Origin: an uncultured Gemmatimonadaceae bacterium
GTDB lineage: Bacteria > Gemmatimonadota > Gemmatimonadetes > Gemmatimonadales > Gemmatimonadaceae
Length of the DNA: 64,000 bases
Direction: 5' to 3'
NCBI GenBank assembly: GCA_963781585.1
Contig: CAWAGQ010000013.1
Span: 32,001 to 96,000 of the forward strand
Below the pieces are notes generated by a model, which was not told where the DNA came from, made no database searches, and was given only the letters and a program-made list of their open reading frames with translations. A program made the translations under genes and the position numbers. Below, in pieces: positions 49,101 through 61,154 of this stretch. Each line of letters opens with the position of its first letter. Position 1 is the first letter of the stretch.

Positions 49101-50183
49101 TCAGGATGTCCAGCGCTCGGTTCGCTCCAGCTCCGAAGGGTGTGCACGAAACCAGGCCGCGACAACGAGCATCTCGTCGATCTCGTGCGTCGGGAGGGCC
49201 GCGCCCGCAATTCGCGCTCCCTGAAAGGTGTGCGAGGCCATCGTCTGGAGCTCCGCTTCAGCCTCGACGGAGCGAGGCGCCGGCACCTCGACCCGTACCA
49301 CGCCTCTCCGAATGAGGTACACGCGGTCCTCACCTTCCACGCCAGGGACCCGATAGGAGAACGTGAGCGTCTCCACGGCGAAGCGAAGACGCTCGAACTG
49401 TTCACGGAGCTCCTCCAGCCGGCGCGCCTTGTCACGCAGGGCAGCCGCGCGCTCGTAGGCCATCTTTTCGCTCGCCTCGGTCATGTCAGCGCGCAGACGA
49501 TCGATCGGACCATCATCGGCCCCTTCCAGAAACGACCGCGCCTGTCCGATGCGTTCGTGGTAGGTACGCGCCGCGACCGCGGCGATGCAGGGACCCAGAC
49601 ACTTTCCCACTTCGTATCGGATGCAGCCCGGCGTCCGCTCGGGCACCGGAAAGATCTCCTGCTGGTCCGAGTAGCGCATGCGCCGGTCCAACGAGCAGTC
49701 CCGGATGCCCAGCGAATCGCTCAGTTCCCGAAGGGCCAGGCGAAGTCGCGCTGCACCCACGAACGGGCCGTACACAACACCCTCCGAGATGGCTGCCACG
49801 GCGCGACGCACCGCCAGCCGCGGCGCGGTACCGCGCGTGATCGCGACGAACGCATAGTTCCGACCATCGCGCTTCAGGGCCACGTTGAATCGCGGCCGCA
49901 GCCTCTTGATCAGGCGCAACTCCTCCAACAGGGCCGCGAATTCGCTTGGCGTGTACGCCCAGTCGATTTGGCGCGCCTCGCGCACGATACGCGCCCCCTT
50001 GTCCTCCGGGTACGCACCACGAAAGTAGCTCAGCAGGCGTGACCGGAGCCGCTTGCTCTTCCCCACGTAGACCACCTCGCCGCTCTCCCCGACCATCCGA
50101 TAAACGCCCGGCCGGTCCTGGGCCTGTTCTCGAACCAGCGTTCGCAGACCGGCAATGCGCGACGCCTCCTCCGAGCGGCGCAC
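49101..50183 (-). CDS. GIY-YIG nuclease with UvrB/C motif (UvrC N-half / Cho-like)
   Basis: PGVYRM....VYVGKSKRLRSRLLSYF, P.FN, Cys cluster, YERAAALRD. No RNase H or HhH domain. Confidence 0.8.
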   Translation of the reverse strand: MRRSEEASRIAGLRTLVREQAQDRPGVYRMVGESGEVVYVGKSKRLRSRLLSYFRGAYPEDKGARIVREARQIDWAYTPSEFAALLEELRLIKRLRPRFNVALKRDGRNYAFVAITRGTAPRLAVRRAVAAISEGVVYGPFVGAARLRLALRELSDSLGIRDCSLDRRMRYSDQQEIFPVPERTPGCIRYEVGKCLGPCIAAVAARTYHERIGQARSFLEGADDGPIDRLRADMTEASEKMAYERAAALRDKARRLEELREQFERLRFAVETLTFSYRVPGVEGEDRVYLIRRGVVRVEVPAPRSVEAEAELQTMASHTFQGARIAGAALPTHEIDEMLVVAAWFRAHPSELERTERWTS

Positions 50184-50186
50184 CGA

Positions 50187-51014
50187 TCAGTGCTGACAGC
50201 GGTAGCAGAACACCGTAGAGCGCCAGTCGATTGTGTGTGTCCCGACGAGCCGGGTGCCGCAACGAAGACAGGGTTCGCCGGCTCTGCCGTAGACCCTGAG
50301 TTGCGCCGCGAATCCTCCGGGCTTGCCGTCAGGGTCCTGGAAGTCGCGAAAGGTCGTACCACGTGCTTCAATGGCCGCGCGCAGCAGCACGACGACAGCA
50401 TCCCGCAACGTCCCGACAGCGGCAGGTCCGACCAATCGACCCTCAAGCGAAGGATCTACGCCAGCCAGCCACAGGGCTTCATTCGCGTAGATGTTTCCCA
50501 CTCCTGCGATTCTGTGCTGATCCATGAGCACCTTCTTGACGGCCTGTCTCGTGTCCCGAAGAAATGCCGATAATCGGTCCGAGGTGAAGTCCGCGTCAAG
50601 AGGCTCCACACCCAGCCTGCGGTCCAGTCGCGCGAATGCTGCTGGTCCCAGCAGCTGCACGGTGCCGAGTCTGCGCACATCCCGGTAGTAGAAGGCACCG
50701 CCGCCCTGCAGGGCGAAGACGGCTGTCACGTAAGGATCGCTCAGAGTCGCGTCCAGGTCACGCACCACGCGCACGGCGCCCGTGAAACGCGGCTGAAATA
50801 CCAGCCGGTCTCCGGTGGACAGGTCGACCACGATGCACTTTGCACGGCGCCATACCCGCTCGATGCGCGCTCCCGAGACACCGAGTCGGAGCTTCTTCGC
50901 CGACGTGTCCCTCAGGATGTCACGCCGGGGTACGTCGAGGTCGGAGATGGATCTGCCTTGGAGCGCGCGCTGCAGGTCTCGCGCTATCGTCTCCGTTTCA
51001 GGTAGCTCCGGCAT
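50187..51014 (-). CDS. mutM: Formamidopyrimidine-DNA glycosylase
   Basis: MPELPE, LMDQ..IAGVGNIYANE, C-terminal zinc finger. Confidence 0.95.
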   Translation of the reverse strand: MPELPETETIARDLQRALQGRSISDLDVPRRDILRDTSAKKLRLGVSGARIERVWRRAKCIVVDLSTGDRLVFQPRFTGAVRVVRDLDATLSDPYVTAVFALQGGGAFYYRDVRRLGTVQLLGPAAFARLDRRLGVEPLDADFTSDRLSAFLRDTRQAVKKVLMDQHRIAGVGNIYANEALWLAGVDPSLEGRLVGPAAVGTLRDAVVVLLRAAIEARGTTFRDFQDPDGKPGGFAAQLRVYGRAGEPCLRCGTRLVGTHTIDWRSTVFCYRCQH

Positions 51015-52284
51015 GTCGTTTCATCTCCCTCCAGCCTATGTCGCCGCGAAACTGCCTGCCTGGGAAATGAACGCGCTCCACACCTCGGAGGCTCTTGGCG
51101 CGAGCCTCCTCCAAAGTGTGTCCGAGACCAGTCACAGCGACAACCCTGCCACCAGCGGTGACGAGGCCCCCGTCCGGAGCACGCTTAGTCCCCGCCTGGA
51201 AGAGAAGAGTTCCTTCCTCGAGCTCCGATACCGTGATTGGTGCTCCTGTACGTGCCGCTTCCGGGTAGCCCGGTGCCGCGAGCACTGTGGTGACGGCGGA
51301 TTCCGGTGAGAATCGCGGTTCGGGTGCCCCATCCAGTCCCCCCGACTCGCTGCACCGGAGCATGAGATCCAGAAGGCTGGAGCGCATGAGCGGCAGAACC
51401 GCTTGTGTTTCCGGGTCTCCGAAGCGGCAGTTGAACTCCACGACTTGGGGGCCTTCCGCCGTTAGCATCAGGCCGCCATAGAGCAGCCCCTGGAACGGCG
51501 CGCCGTGCTCCCGAAGACTGCGAAGCGTCGGAGCGATTATCTCTTCAGACACCCGCTGCAGCACGACGGCTGTGGCGATGCTCACGGGAGCATAGGCACC
51601 CATGCCTCCGGTATTCGGTCCCCCATCACCTGCCAGAAGGCGCTTGTGATCCTGTGCGGGGAGCATGAGAACGAAACGGACGCCGTCGGAGAGCGCAAAT
51701 ACGGATAGCTCCTCACCAACCATGAACTCCTCAACCAGGATCTCGTCCCCGGCATCCCCGAAGACGCGCGTCTGGAGCATGGCATCAATCGCAGAATCTG
51801 CCTCTTCCATGCTCCCGCAGATGCTCACTCCCTTTCCCGCCGCCAGTCCAGAGGCCTTGATGACGACGGGGAAACCTAATCCACGGGCTGCGGCCTTCGC
51901 CGCAGCGGCATCCGTGTGCCACGAGGCACGCGCGGTCGGGATCCCGGCGTCCAGCATGAGTTGCTTGGCGAAGCGCTTGGATGACTCGATCATGGCAGCC
52001 TTTCGGGTCGGGCCGAACGCGCGAATCCCGACCTCGTGCAACGCATCGACCATACCTGCGGCGAGGGGTGACTCCGGTCCCACCACTACGAGATCGACTC
52101 GTTCCAACCGGGCCAGTGCGACGAGGCTCGCAGTGTCGCTCGCCGCGATCGGACGGCAGTCCGCCAGTTCGGCGATCCCGGGGTTCCCGGGCGCGACCAT
52201 GATGTGTGCAGACGGGTCGTCGTTACGCAGCTTCCAGGCGAGGGCGTGTTCCCTCCCGCCCCCGCCGACCAGGAGGAGCCTCAC
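50998..52284 (-). CDS. purD: Phosphoribosylamine-glycine ligase
   Basis: GGGGREHAL, GLAAGKGV, QDHKR, NTGGMGAY, EFNCRFGDPE. Confidence 0.96.
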   Translation of the reverse strand: MRLLLVGGGGREHALAWKLRNDDPSAHIMVAPGNPGIAELADCRPIAASDTASLVALARLERVDLVVVGPESPLAAGMVDALHEVGIRAFGPTRKAAMIESSKRFAKQLMLDAGIPTARASWHTDAAAAKAAARGLGFPVVIKASGLAAGKGVSICGSMEEADSAIDAMLQTRVFGDAGDEILVEEFMVGEELSVFALSDGVRFVLMLPAQDHKRLLAGDGGPNTGGMGAYAPVSIATAVVLQRVSEEIIAPTLRSLREHGAPFQGLLYGGLMLTAEGPQVVEFNCRFGDPETQAVLPLMRSSLLDLMLRCSESGGLDGAPEPRFSPESAVTTVLAAPGYPEAARTGAPITVSELEEGTLLFQAGTKRAPDGGLVTAGGRVVAVTGLGHTLEEARAKSLRGVERVHFPGRQFRGDIGWREMKRHAGAT

Positions 52285-53303
52285 GTCGTCGGGCCAGTAC
52301 CCCCCGGGGTCTCGTCGCCGCTGTCGCCGTCCTTCGACCGCCCGAAAGCGTCGTCGAACGCCGATCGAGCCCGTCCGAGCACGCCGGAGATCGTCTCCAT
52401 CGCGTCGCGCGCCTGATCGCCGTAATAGCCGGCTGCGTCCACGAAATCGTCCGAATACGGAGGCGTGGCCGCGTCATCGCGCCGCCGGTAATCTCCACCC
52501 ACGATCTTGTCGTAGCCGCCGGCGTCGATCCAACGCTGAAGCTCCGCGGCGCGAACCGTGCCGAACGGGTGCGTGCGAAAGGCCGTATTGATCACCTGCC
52601 AGACCTTGTCGGCGAGATCGCCCTCCGTCTGATAGGCTTTCGCCTGCTCCATGAAGGCGTCCACGCTGATGCTGTCTCCGAATTTCCGCCCTCCGGCCAT
52701 CTTGAGGAACGTGCTCATCGTGACCAGTGTGTCCTGTGTGACGAGCAGCCCCGCGCGATCCGCCGAGAGTTCCGCCTTGCGGTACCACTCGAGCAGGGCC
52801 AGCTGAAACGGGAACAGCGCCAGTCCGGCCAGGAAAGGGAGATTCTGCAGGCCGACGGTGAGAATGATGATGGCGATGGTCGTGTACGTCGTATGGCCGC
52901 TCATGATGTGGCCGAGCTCGTGGCCGAGGATGTCACGCTGCTCCTCGGGCTCCAGCAACTCGATCATGCCGGAATTCACTACGATGAACGGCCGCTCGAA
53001 ACCGACGGCGGCCGCATTGACCAGCGGCGTCTGCGTGACGTACAGCTCGGGCACCTCAGGCCAGTCCAGCGTTTCCCGGACCTCCTGGTACATCGCCCAC
53101 AGCTTCGGGCGCTGCGTGGGTCCAACGCGGACGGCGTTTGCGAGAAAGATCTGCCGGATCCCCTTCTCTCCGAAGAACGACGCCACCTTGCGGACGACCT
53201 GGTCAAAGCCCGGGATGGCCCGCAAGGCGTTGAGCGCAGCGCGGTCAGCGGGATGCTCCCACGCCGTCGACGCGATCTGGACGAGCTTCTTGCGTTCTGC
53301 CAT
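52281..53303 (-). CDS. M48 family zinc metallopeptidase
   Basis: WEHPADR, VNAAA.G, GHELGH, ELSADRAG, THP. Confidence 0.88.
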   Translation of the reverse strand: MAERKKLVQIASTAWEHPADRAALNALRAIPGFDQVVRKVASFFGEKGIRQIFLANAVRVGPTQRPKLWAMYQEVRETLDWPEVPELYVTQTPLVNAAAVGFERPFIVVNSGMIELLEPEEQRDILGHELGHIMSGHTTYTTIAIIILTVGLQNLPFLAGLALFPFQLALLEWYRKAELSADRAGLLVTQDTLVTMSTFLKMAGGRKFGDSISVDAFMEQAKAYQTEGDLADKVWQVINTAFRTHPFGTVRAAELQRWIDAGGYDKIVGGDYRRRDDAATPPYSDDFVDAAGYYGDQARDAMETISGVLGRARSAFDDAFGRSKDGDSGDETPGGTGPTT

Positions 53304-53521
53304 GGTGAGAGAGGGTAAGGGGTGAGGGCGCCTGGCTGGCTCGTTAGGCGCACGCGTTCCGGAGATCGGTCGCGTTCCGCGGCCCCGCCTGCGGAGCCCT
53401 GACGCCGTCGCGTGACCGCCGACTTGCCGGTCCCACGCCCATCCTACGTCCGACAGCCGGAAAGGTGTCGCCCGGGCAATCCGCCGGCCCCGGACGCGCC
53501 CGCGACCGACTCCTCAGCGGC

Positions 53522-54691
53522 TCACACATTGGCAAAGGCGCCTTCGATGTCCTGGAGCAGATCCCCTATATCCTCGACGCCCACCGAAAAACGCACCAGG
53601 CCGTCCCCGATCCCGATGGCTGCACGTCGCTCGGCGGGAACCGAAGCGTGGGTCATTGACGCCGGATGGCAGACCAGGCTCTCCACACCACCCAGCGACT
53701 CAGCCAGCGTGAAGACCCGCAGCCCCTCGATCAGACGGGCTGCTCGTTCGCGCGTCGCGACGTCCACCGAGATCATCCCCCCGAAACCCGACATCTGCCG
53801 GCAGGCGAGCTCGTGCTGCGGATGGGAAGGGAGCCCGGGATAATGGACGCGGTCTTCTCCGAGCCGCGCCGCCAGCCACGTCGCGATTCGCCGCCCGTTG
53901 GCGTCGTGTGCGGCCATTCGAAGGTGAAGCGTCTTGGTTCCTCTGAGGACGAGCCATGCATCGAACGGCCCCGGAACCGCCCCCGCCGCGTTCAGGATGA
54001 ACTGCAGACGCTCCGCCAGCTCGTCGCTGCGGACGACGGCAATGCCCCCGACCATGTCGCTGTGGCCATTGAGGTATTTGGTGCTGGAGTGGAAGACGAC
54101 GTCGGCGCCATGCTCGAACGGCCGCTGAAAGACCGGGGTCGCAAAGGTGTTGTCCACAATGAGAAAGGCGCTGGCTTCCCGGGCGATCTCTCCGGCCGCG
54201 CCGAGGTCCGTAAGGCGCATCAGCGGGTTGGTCGGGGTCTCCAGGATAATCGCCCGGGTGGAACCGGTTATGGCGTCCCGAATGCGTTCCGGATCCCGGG
54301 TGTCCACGTAGCTAAAGTTCAGCCCGCAGTTGCCGAGAATTCTGTCAAAGAGACGTGGGGTACCGCCGTACATGTTCTCAGCGCACACAAAATGGTCGCC
54401 CGCGCGGAACAGCTTCATGATGGAGTCCAGGCACCCCATGCCGCTCGCGAACGCGAATCCGTGCGTGCCGCCCTCCAGGGCCGCGACGTTCCGCTCGAGG
54501 GCCTCTCTCGTGGGATTCCGCCCGCGCGCGTACTCGTAACCCTTGTGCCTGCCGAGGCCGTCCTGGGCGTACGTCGACGTCAGATAGACCGGGGTCATCA
54601 CCGCCCCGGTGGTCGGATCCGGCCGCTGGCCGGCATGGACCGCTCGGGTGCCAAAACTCATGCCCAAATCGTCGTCAAAAATGCGAGTCAT
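53522..54691 (-). CDS. metB: Cystathionine gamma-synthase/gamma-lyase
   Basis: YEYARG.NPTR, ETPTNP, VDNTF, SSTKYLNGHSD, AESLGGVESL. Confidence 0.85.
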   Translation of the reverse strand: MTRIFDDDLGMSFGTRAVHAGQRPDPTTGAVMTPVYLTSTYAQDGLGRHKGYEYARGRNPTREALERNVAALEGGTHGFAFASGMGCLDSIMKLFRAGDHFVCAENMYGGTPRLFDRILGNCGLNFSYVDTRDPERIRDAITGSTRAIILETPTNPLMRLTDLGAAGEIAREASAFLIVDNTFATPVFQRPFEHGADVVFHSSTKYLNGHSDMVGGIAVVRSDELAERLQFILNAAGAVPGPFDAWLVLRGTKTLHLRMAAHDANGRRIATWLAARLGEDRVHYPGLPSHPQHELACRQMSGFGGMISVDVATRERAARLIEGLRVFTLAESLGGVESLVCHPASMTHASVPAERRAAIGIGDGLVRFSVGVEDIGDLLQDIEGAFANV

Positions 54692-54786
54692 AGGTGGGAA
54701 GCCGGAGGAAGAGGAGGGAAGATAGTGCACACCGGACACTACCCGAAACACGCGTGCGCCGTGGAACGGAATCCGGGACGGGGTCG

Positions 54787-55896
54787 ATGACGACGCCCGG
54801 TGTCGCGAACACGCGCCGCGGAGCGGCCGCTGGTCCGGCGGACCGCCAGCGATGCCTCATCGTGGACGATGAACCGCATCTGCGTCGCGTCCTCTCGCGC
54901 CTGATGCAGACCGACGGATTCATCTGCGAGGAGGCGGCGAACGGACGCGAGGCCCTGGAGGCACTGGAGCGCCATCCGGCAACGCTGCTACTGACAGACC
55001 TGCACATGCCGGAATTGGACGGTATTGGGCTCTTGCGGGAGGTCCGGAGCCGTTACCCGGACACGGCGGTAATGCTCGTGACGGCTGTGGCCGACGTTCG
55101 CACCGCCGTCGACTGCCTGGCGGAAGGCGCAATGGACTATGTGACGAAGCCCTTCCAGCTCGAGGAGGTTCGGGCGCGTGTCCGGCAGGCGCTCGACAAG
55201 CGGCGGCTCATTCTCGAAAACCGCGACTATCAGGAGCGCCTCGAGGAACGCGTGGGGATTCAATCGCGGCGTCTCGAACAGCTGTTCTTCGCTTCGATTC
55301 AATCGCTCGCCGACGCGCTCGAAGTCAAGGACAAGTACACGCACGGACACTCCCTGCGCGTCAGCCGCTACTCCGTGCTGATCGCACGCGAACTACGGAT
55401 GGACGATGCGTTCGTAGCGCAGGTCGAGCTTGGAGGACGCGTACACGACATCGGGAAGATTGGCGTGCGCGAGACGGTCCTCAACAAGGCAGGGCCGCTG
55501 ACGGATGAGGAGTATCGCCACATCATGTCGCATCCGGAGGTCGGATGGCGCATCCTGAAGCCCCTCCTGGCTGACCAGACCAGGGCTCTCAGCATCGTGC
55601 GACACCATCACGAACGGTGGGACGGCCGCGGACTCCCTGATGGGCTGGCCGGCGAAGCGATTCCCTTCGAGGCGCGGATCGCAGCCGTCGCGGACACCTT
55701 CGACGCCATGACCAGTGAACGACCCTATCGGCCGAGCGCAGGGGTTCCGGCGACCGTGGATGAGCTGCTGCGCTGCCGCGGGACGCAGTTCGATCCCGAG
55801 GTCGTGGACGCCTTCGTAAAGGTGCTCCGGCGCGAAGAGCAGGACGCTGAGCAACATGCCGATCGTCGCACAGCAGTGGCCCAGGCATCGGACTGA
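54787..55896 (+). CDS. Response regulator with HD-GYP domain (RpfG-like)
   Basis: REC domain (VDDE, TD..MP, KPF), then HDIGK, HHERWDG.GLP, AD.FDAM...RPY. Confidence 0.92.
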   Translation: MTTPGVANTRRGAAAGPADRQRCLIVDDEPHLRRVLSRLMQTDGFICEEAANGREALEALERHPATLLLTDLHMPELDGIGLLREVRSRYPDTAVMLVTAVADVRTAVDCLAEGAMDYVTKPFQLEEVRARVRQALDKRRLILENRDYQERLEERVGIQSRRLEQLFFASIQSLADALEVKDKYTHGHSLRVSRYSVLIARELRMDDAFVAQVELGGRVHDIGKIGVRETVLNKAGPLTDEEYRHIMSHPEVGWRILKPLLADQTRALSIVRHHHERWDGRGLPDGLAGEAIPFEARIAAVADTFDAMTSERPYRPSAGVPATVDELLRCRGTQFDPEVVDAFVKVLRREEQDAEQHADRRTAVAQASD

Positions 55897-56131
55897 CGTC
55901 GCTGCGGATGTTACGAATCCGCCGCTCGCGATGTCGCTAGGAGCTGGGCAAGTGTCTCCGTTTCCAATACATAGCGCGACCTGAAGGCGTCTGCCGTCGC
56001 CGGGTTTTCGCCGTGCCGCGTGCAGAGGCTCTCCCGAATCGGGTCACGTCCTGTGATCCGTGTCGCGCTGCCGCACTGCGCAGTGCGGTTAAGATTGAAG
56101 CCTCGGCCAGACGAGGTTCACCAGCGGGAGC

Positions 56132-57511
56132 ATGGCGCAGATGCCCTTCGGTGGGTTGATGATCAGTGTGTCAGGGATACGGGGCCGAGTTGGCGAGGCC
56201 CTGACCCCCGAGGTCATGGGAACGTACACGGCCGGGTTCGGCGCCTGGTCGCTTGCGCGCTCCACATCTCGCGCGATCGTCGTGGGGCGCGATTCCCGTG
56301 TTTCCGGTCCGATGTTTCAGCGGGCGGTCACCGCGGCGCTGCAGTCGGTGGGCGCCCGGGTCATCGACCTCGGGATGGCCCCGACCCCCACGGTGCAGTT
56401 GGCGGTGGAGGACCATGAAGCGGCGGGGGGGCTGGCAATAACGGCCAGCCACAATCCCATCGAGTGGAACGCGCTCAAGTTCATCGGGCACGCGGGTCTG
56501 TTCCTCGACCAGGCTGAGAGCGCCGCTATGCGGGCCTTCGTGGACCGGGGGGTGCCCCGCGTGGGGTGGCAGGAGTTGGGAGAGGTGGAACCCGATCCTC
56601 AGGCGGTGACGCGCCACCTGGAGCGCATTCTGGCCCTCCCCATCATCGACGTGAAGGGAATCCGACGACGTCGGTTTCTAGTGGCGCTCGATAGCTGTCA
56701 CGGCGCTGGCAGCACGATCCTGCCGGCGCTCCTGGAGCGGCTCGGTTGTGAAGTATGTGCGATCAATCTGGTGCCTGACGGCCTCTTTCACCGGTCGCCC
56801 GAGCCCGTAGCCGAGAATCTTGGGGAGCTGCAGGAGCTCGTCCGATCCACTGGAGCTGCGGTGGGACTGGCGGTGGATCCGGACGTGGACCGCCTGGCCC
56901 TGGTGGACGAGACGGGGCGTGCCATTGGAGAGGACTACACCCTTGCTCTGGCGTGTCGTGTCGTGCTGCGGCGGCAGGCAGGGGTTGTCGTAACGAACCT
57001 GTCGACGAGTCGGGTAATCGACGACGTGGCGGCCGAATACGGATCCTCGGTGGTCCGGGCGCCGGTGGGCGAAATCAACGTGGCGGCGCGGATGCGCGAC
57101 GTGGGTGCCATTGTCGGCGGAGAGGGGAACGGCGGGGTAATACTCCCCGCGCTGCATCTCGGCAGGGACGCACCAGTGGCCGCGGCTCTGGTTCTCCAGT
57201 TGCTGCTGGAGGAACCGCGGCCGCTGTCTCAGGTTGTGGCACGATATCCGCAGTACCACATCGTGAAGGAAAAGCTCGACCGGCCGGCCGTGGCCCTGGA
57301 CGCGGTGTACGACGCCCTTCGCGGCGACTTTGCGGACGCCGTGGTGGACACGCAGGACGGGTTGCGACTGAGCTGGTCCGATCGATGGGTGCACGTGCGT
57401 CCGTCGGGGACAGAACCGATCATCCGCGTCATCGCCGAAGCCCGGTCGGAATCTCAGGCCCGGGAACTCATCGCTCGCTGCCGCGCGCCTCTCGACGCGC
57501 TGGTGGCGTAG
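56132..57511 (+). CDS. glmM: Phosphoglucosamine mutase / phosphomannomutase family
   Basis: SGIRG, TASHNP, DPDVDR, GGEGNGG, RPSGTEP. Adjacent to glmS. Confidence 0.8.
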   Translation: MAQMPFGGLMISVSGIRGRVGEALTPEVMGTYTAGFGAWSLARSTSRAIVVGRDSRVSGPMFQRAVTAALQSVGARVIDLGMAPTPTVQLAVEDHEAAGGLAITASHNPIEWNALKFIGHAGLFLDQAESAAMRAFVDRGVPRVGWQELGEVEPDPQAVTRHLERILALPIIDVKGIRRRRFLVALDSCHGAGSTILPALLERLGCEVCAINLVPDGLFHRSPEPVAENLGELQELVRSTGAAVGLAVDPDVDRLALVDETGRAIGEDYTLALACRVVLRRQAGVVVTNLSTSRVIDDVAAEYGSSVVRAPVGEINVAARMRDVGAIVGGEGNGGVILPALHLGRDAPVAAALVLQLLLEEPRPLSQVVARYPQYHIVKEKLDRPAVALDAVYDALRGDFADAVVDTQDGLRLSWSDRWVHVRPSGTEPIIRVIAEARSESQARELIARCRAPLDALVA

Positions 57512-57530
57512 CTATCATTTCATACCGCCT

Positions 57531-59357
<1,827 letters not shown>

Positions 59358-59376
59358 TCCCGGTGGGGCCCCTGGA

Positions 59377-59844
59377 ATGACGGCGGTATCGGAGGTCCAC
59401 ATTCGCGCCGCGACGACCGCCGACCTGCCGGTGGCGCGCGCGCTTCTCGCGTCGGCCGAGCTGCCGCTGGACGGCCTCGAAGAATCTTTTGGCGAGGGAT
59501 ACGTCCTGGTGGAATCCGACGGAGAGCTGGTCGGCATCGAGGGCGTCGAAGTGCATGGCCGGGACGGACTCCTGCGGTCGGCGGCGGTCGCTCCCGGCTG
59601 GCGCGGGCGCGGCCTCGGCGACCGCATGACCCGCGACCGGATCGCCTGGTCGCGCCGGCGCGGTCTGCGGGCGCTGTACCTCCTGACCACGACGGCGGGG
59701 GACTATTTCCCGCGTTTCGGCTTCCTGCCAGCCGATCGGACGGCAGCGCCGGATGCGATCCGGACATCGCGGGAGTTCTCCCGGGCATGCCCCGACACGG
59801 CGTTGCTGATGCGTATGGCGTTAGGCAGCGACTCCGGAGCGTGA
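59377..59844 (+). CDS. GNAT acetyltransferase, ArsN2-like
   Basis: LLRSAAV...RGRGLG, LYLLTTTA..YF.R.GF, EF...CP.TA. Confidence 0.8.
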   Translation: MTAVSEVHIRAATTADLPVARALLASAELPLDGLEESFGEGYVLVESDGELVGIEGVEVHGRDGLLRSAAVAPGWRGRGLGDRMTRDRIAWSRRRGLRALYLLTTTAGDYFPRFGFLPADRTAAPDAIRTSREFSRACPDTALLMRMALGSDSGA

Positions 59845-59928
59845 CGGATCCCGGCACGCCGGCCCCGGTCGCGAGGAGATCGGGCGCCGGGCTCGGCGCG
59901 CCGCTGCCGGGACGCTACCTTTCAACCC

Positions 59929-60381
59929 ATGCGCGTTCTGCTGCAGCGCGTCTCGCGCGCCGAAGTTCGCGTTAGGCAGCCTGACGGCACGGCGGGAACC
60001 GCCGGCCGGATCGGCCGTGGGTACCTTCTCCTGGTCGGGTTTACGGACGCTGACGACGAGCCCCGCCTGGCGTGGATGGCCGACAAGGTGATCGGCCTGC
60101 GCCTGTTCGCCGACGCCGATCAGAAGATGAATCTGGCGCTTGGCGACGTGGGGGGATCGCTGCTGGTCGTGTCGCAGTTCACCCTCTACGGCGACGTGCA
60201 GAAGGGCCGCAGACCAAGCTTCCTCGATGCGGCCCGGCCGGATGTCGCGGTTCCGCTGTACGACCGTTTCGTGGCGCTCCTCCGCGAGCGCGGTGCAACC
60301 GTGGAAACCGGCGTGTTCGGCGCCATGATGGACGTGGAGCTGGTGAATGACGGCCCGGTGACGCTCTGGCTCGAGCGATGA
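59929..60381 (+). CDS. dtd: D-aminoacyl-tRNA deacylase
   Basis: QRV, VSQFTL, GRRPSF, FGAMM.V.LVNDGPVT. Confidence 0.96.
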   Translation: MRVLLQRVSRAEVRVRQPDGTAGTAGRIGRGYLLLVGFTDADDEPRLAWMADKVIGLRLFADADQKMNLALGDVGGSLLVVSQFTLYGDVQKGRRPSFLDAARPDVAVPLYDRFVALLRERGATVETGVFGAMMDVELVNDGPVTLWLER

Positions 60382-60977
60382 CCGCTCCGCGCGTCGTCCT
60401 GGCGTCTGAATCGCCCCGCCGGCACGATCTGCTGACCCTGATCGGGATACCACACGACGTGCGACCGGCGCACATCGATGAGACCAGCCATCCCGATGAG
60501 GCACCAGCTGTCCACGTGGAGCGGCTTGCCCGCGAAAAGGCCTCCGCGATCGCCGCCCTCGATCCCGGCGCGGTGGTGATCGGAGCGGACACCGAGGTGG
60601 TCCTCGATGGCGCGGTGCTCGGGAAGCCGACCGACCAGGAGGATGCGCGACGCATGTTGGGCCGCCTCTCGGGACGGACCCATACCGTGCTGACGGCGGT
60701 GGCGGTGGCATACGACGGCGCGCTCGCCTCGGGCGTGGAAACGGTGGAGGTGACTTTTCGCCCGCTCACCGACGCGGCGATCGCCTCGTACCTGGCCACC
60801 GGCGAACCGATGGACAAGGCCGGGGCGTACGGGATCCAGGGATACGGCGCCGTGATCGTGCGGCGGATCGACGGTGACTACTTCGCGGTCATGGGCCTGG
60901 CGTTAGGCAGACTCGTGCACCTGCTGGCCGAGGTGGGGATCCGGTATGACTTCGGCGTGCTGTGCGCGGCCGATTGA
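60378..60977 (+). CDS. maf: Maf nucleotide pyrophosphatase
   Basis: LASESPRR, GADT, LGKP, DKAGAYGIQ. Confidence 0.95.
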   Translation: MTAPRVVLASESPRRHDLLTLIGIPHDVRPAHIDETSHPDEAPAVHVERLAREKASAIAALDPGAVVIGADTEVVLDGAVLGKPTDQEDARRMLGRLSGRTHTVLTAVAVAYDGALASGVETVEVTFRPLTDAAIASYLATGEPMDKAGAYGIQGYGAVIVRRIDGDYFAVMGLALGRLVHLLAEVGIRYDFGVLCAAD

Positions 60978-61098
60978 ACCTGGTGCGGCGCCACCTCGCT
61001 CGTCGCTCCGGTTACTCGGGATCAATTCCCGCAATCTACGGCAAGCCGGCGCCACTGACTGTCCCGGGATCGAAGCCGGGCGTCGCGCCACCTGACGC

Positions 61099-61130
61099 AC
61101 GAGCGCCGCGACTTCCGCCGCGGCGCCCGT
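61099..61130 (-). terminator. Hairpin between convergent maf and Spy-like genes
   Basis: 12-bp stem ACGAGCGCCGCG / CGCGGCGCCCGT, with a G-U pair on the minus strand. Confidence 0.35.
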
Positions 61131-61154
61131 GGTGTCCAGAGGAAAGGCTCCCTG

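Noticed and set aside
53344..53535. 63-aa ORF between metB and the M48 peptidase ending in the octamer's TAA
   Set aside because: No RBS or recognisable protein features, so it is probably non-coding.
55897..57530. glmS ribozyme or other riboswitch
   Set aside because: glmS is only 19 nt from glmM, and I could not recognise a riboswitch consensus upstream of glmM.
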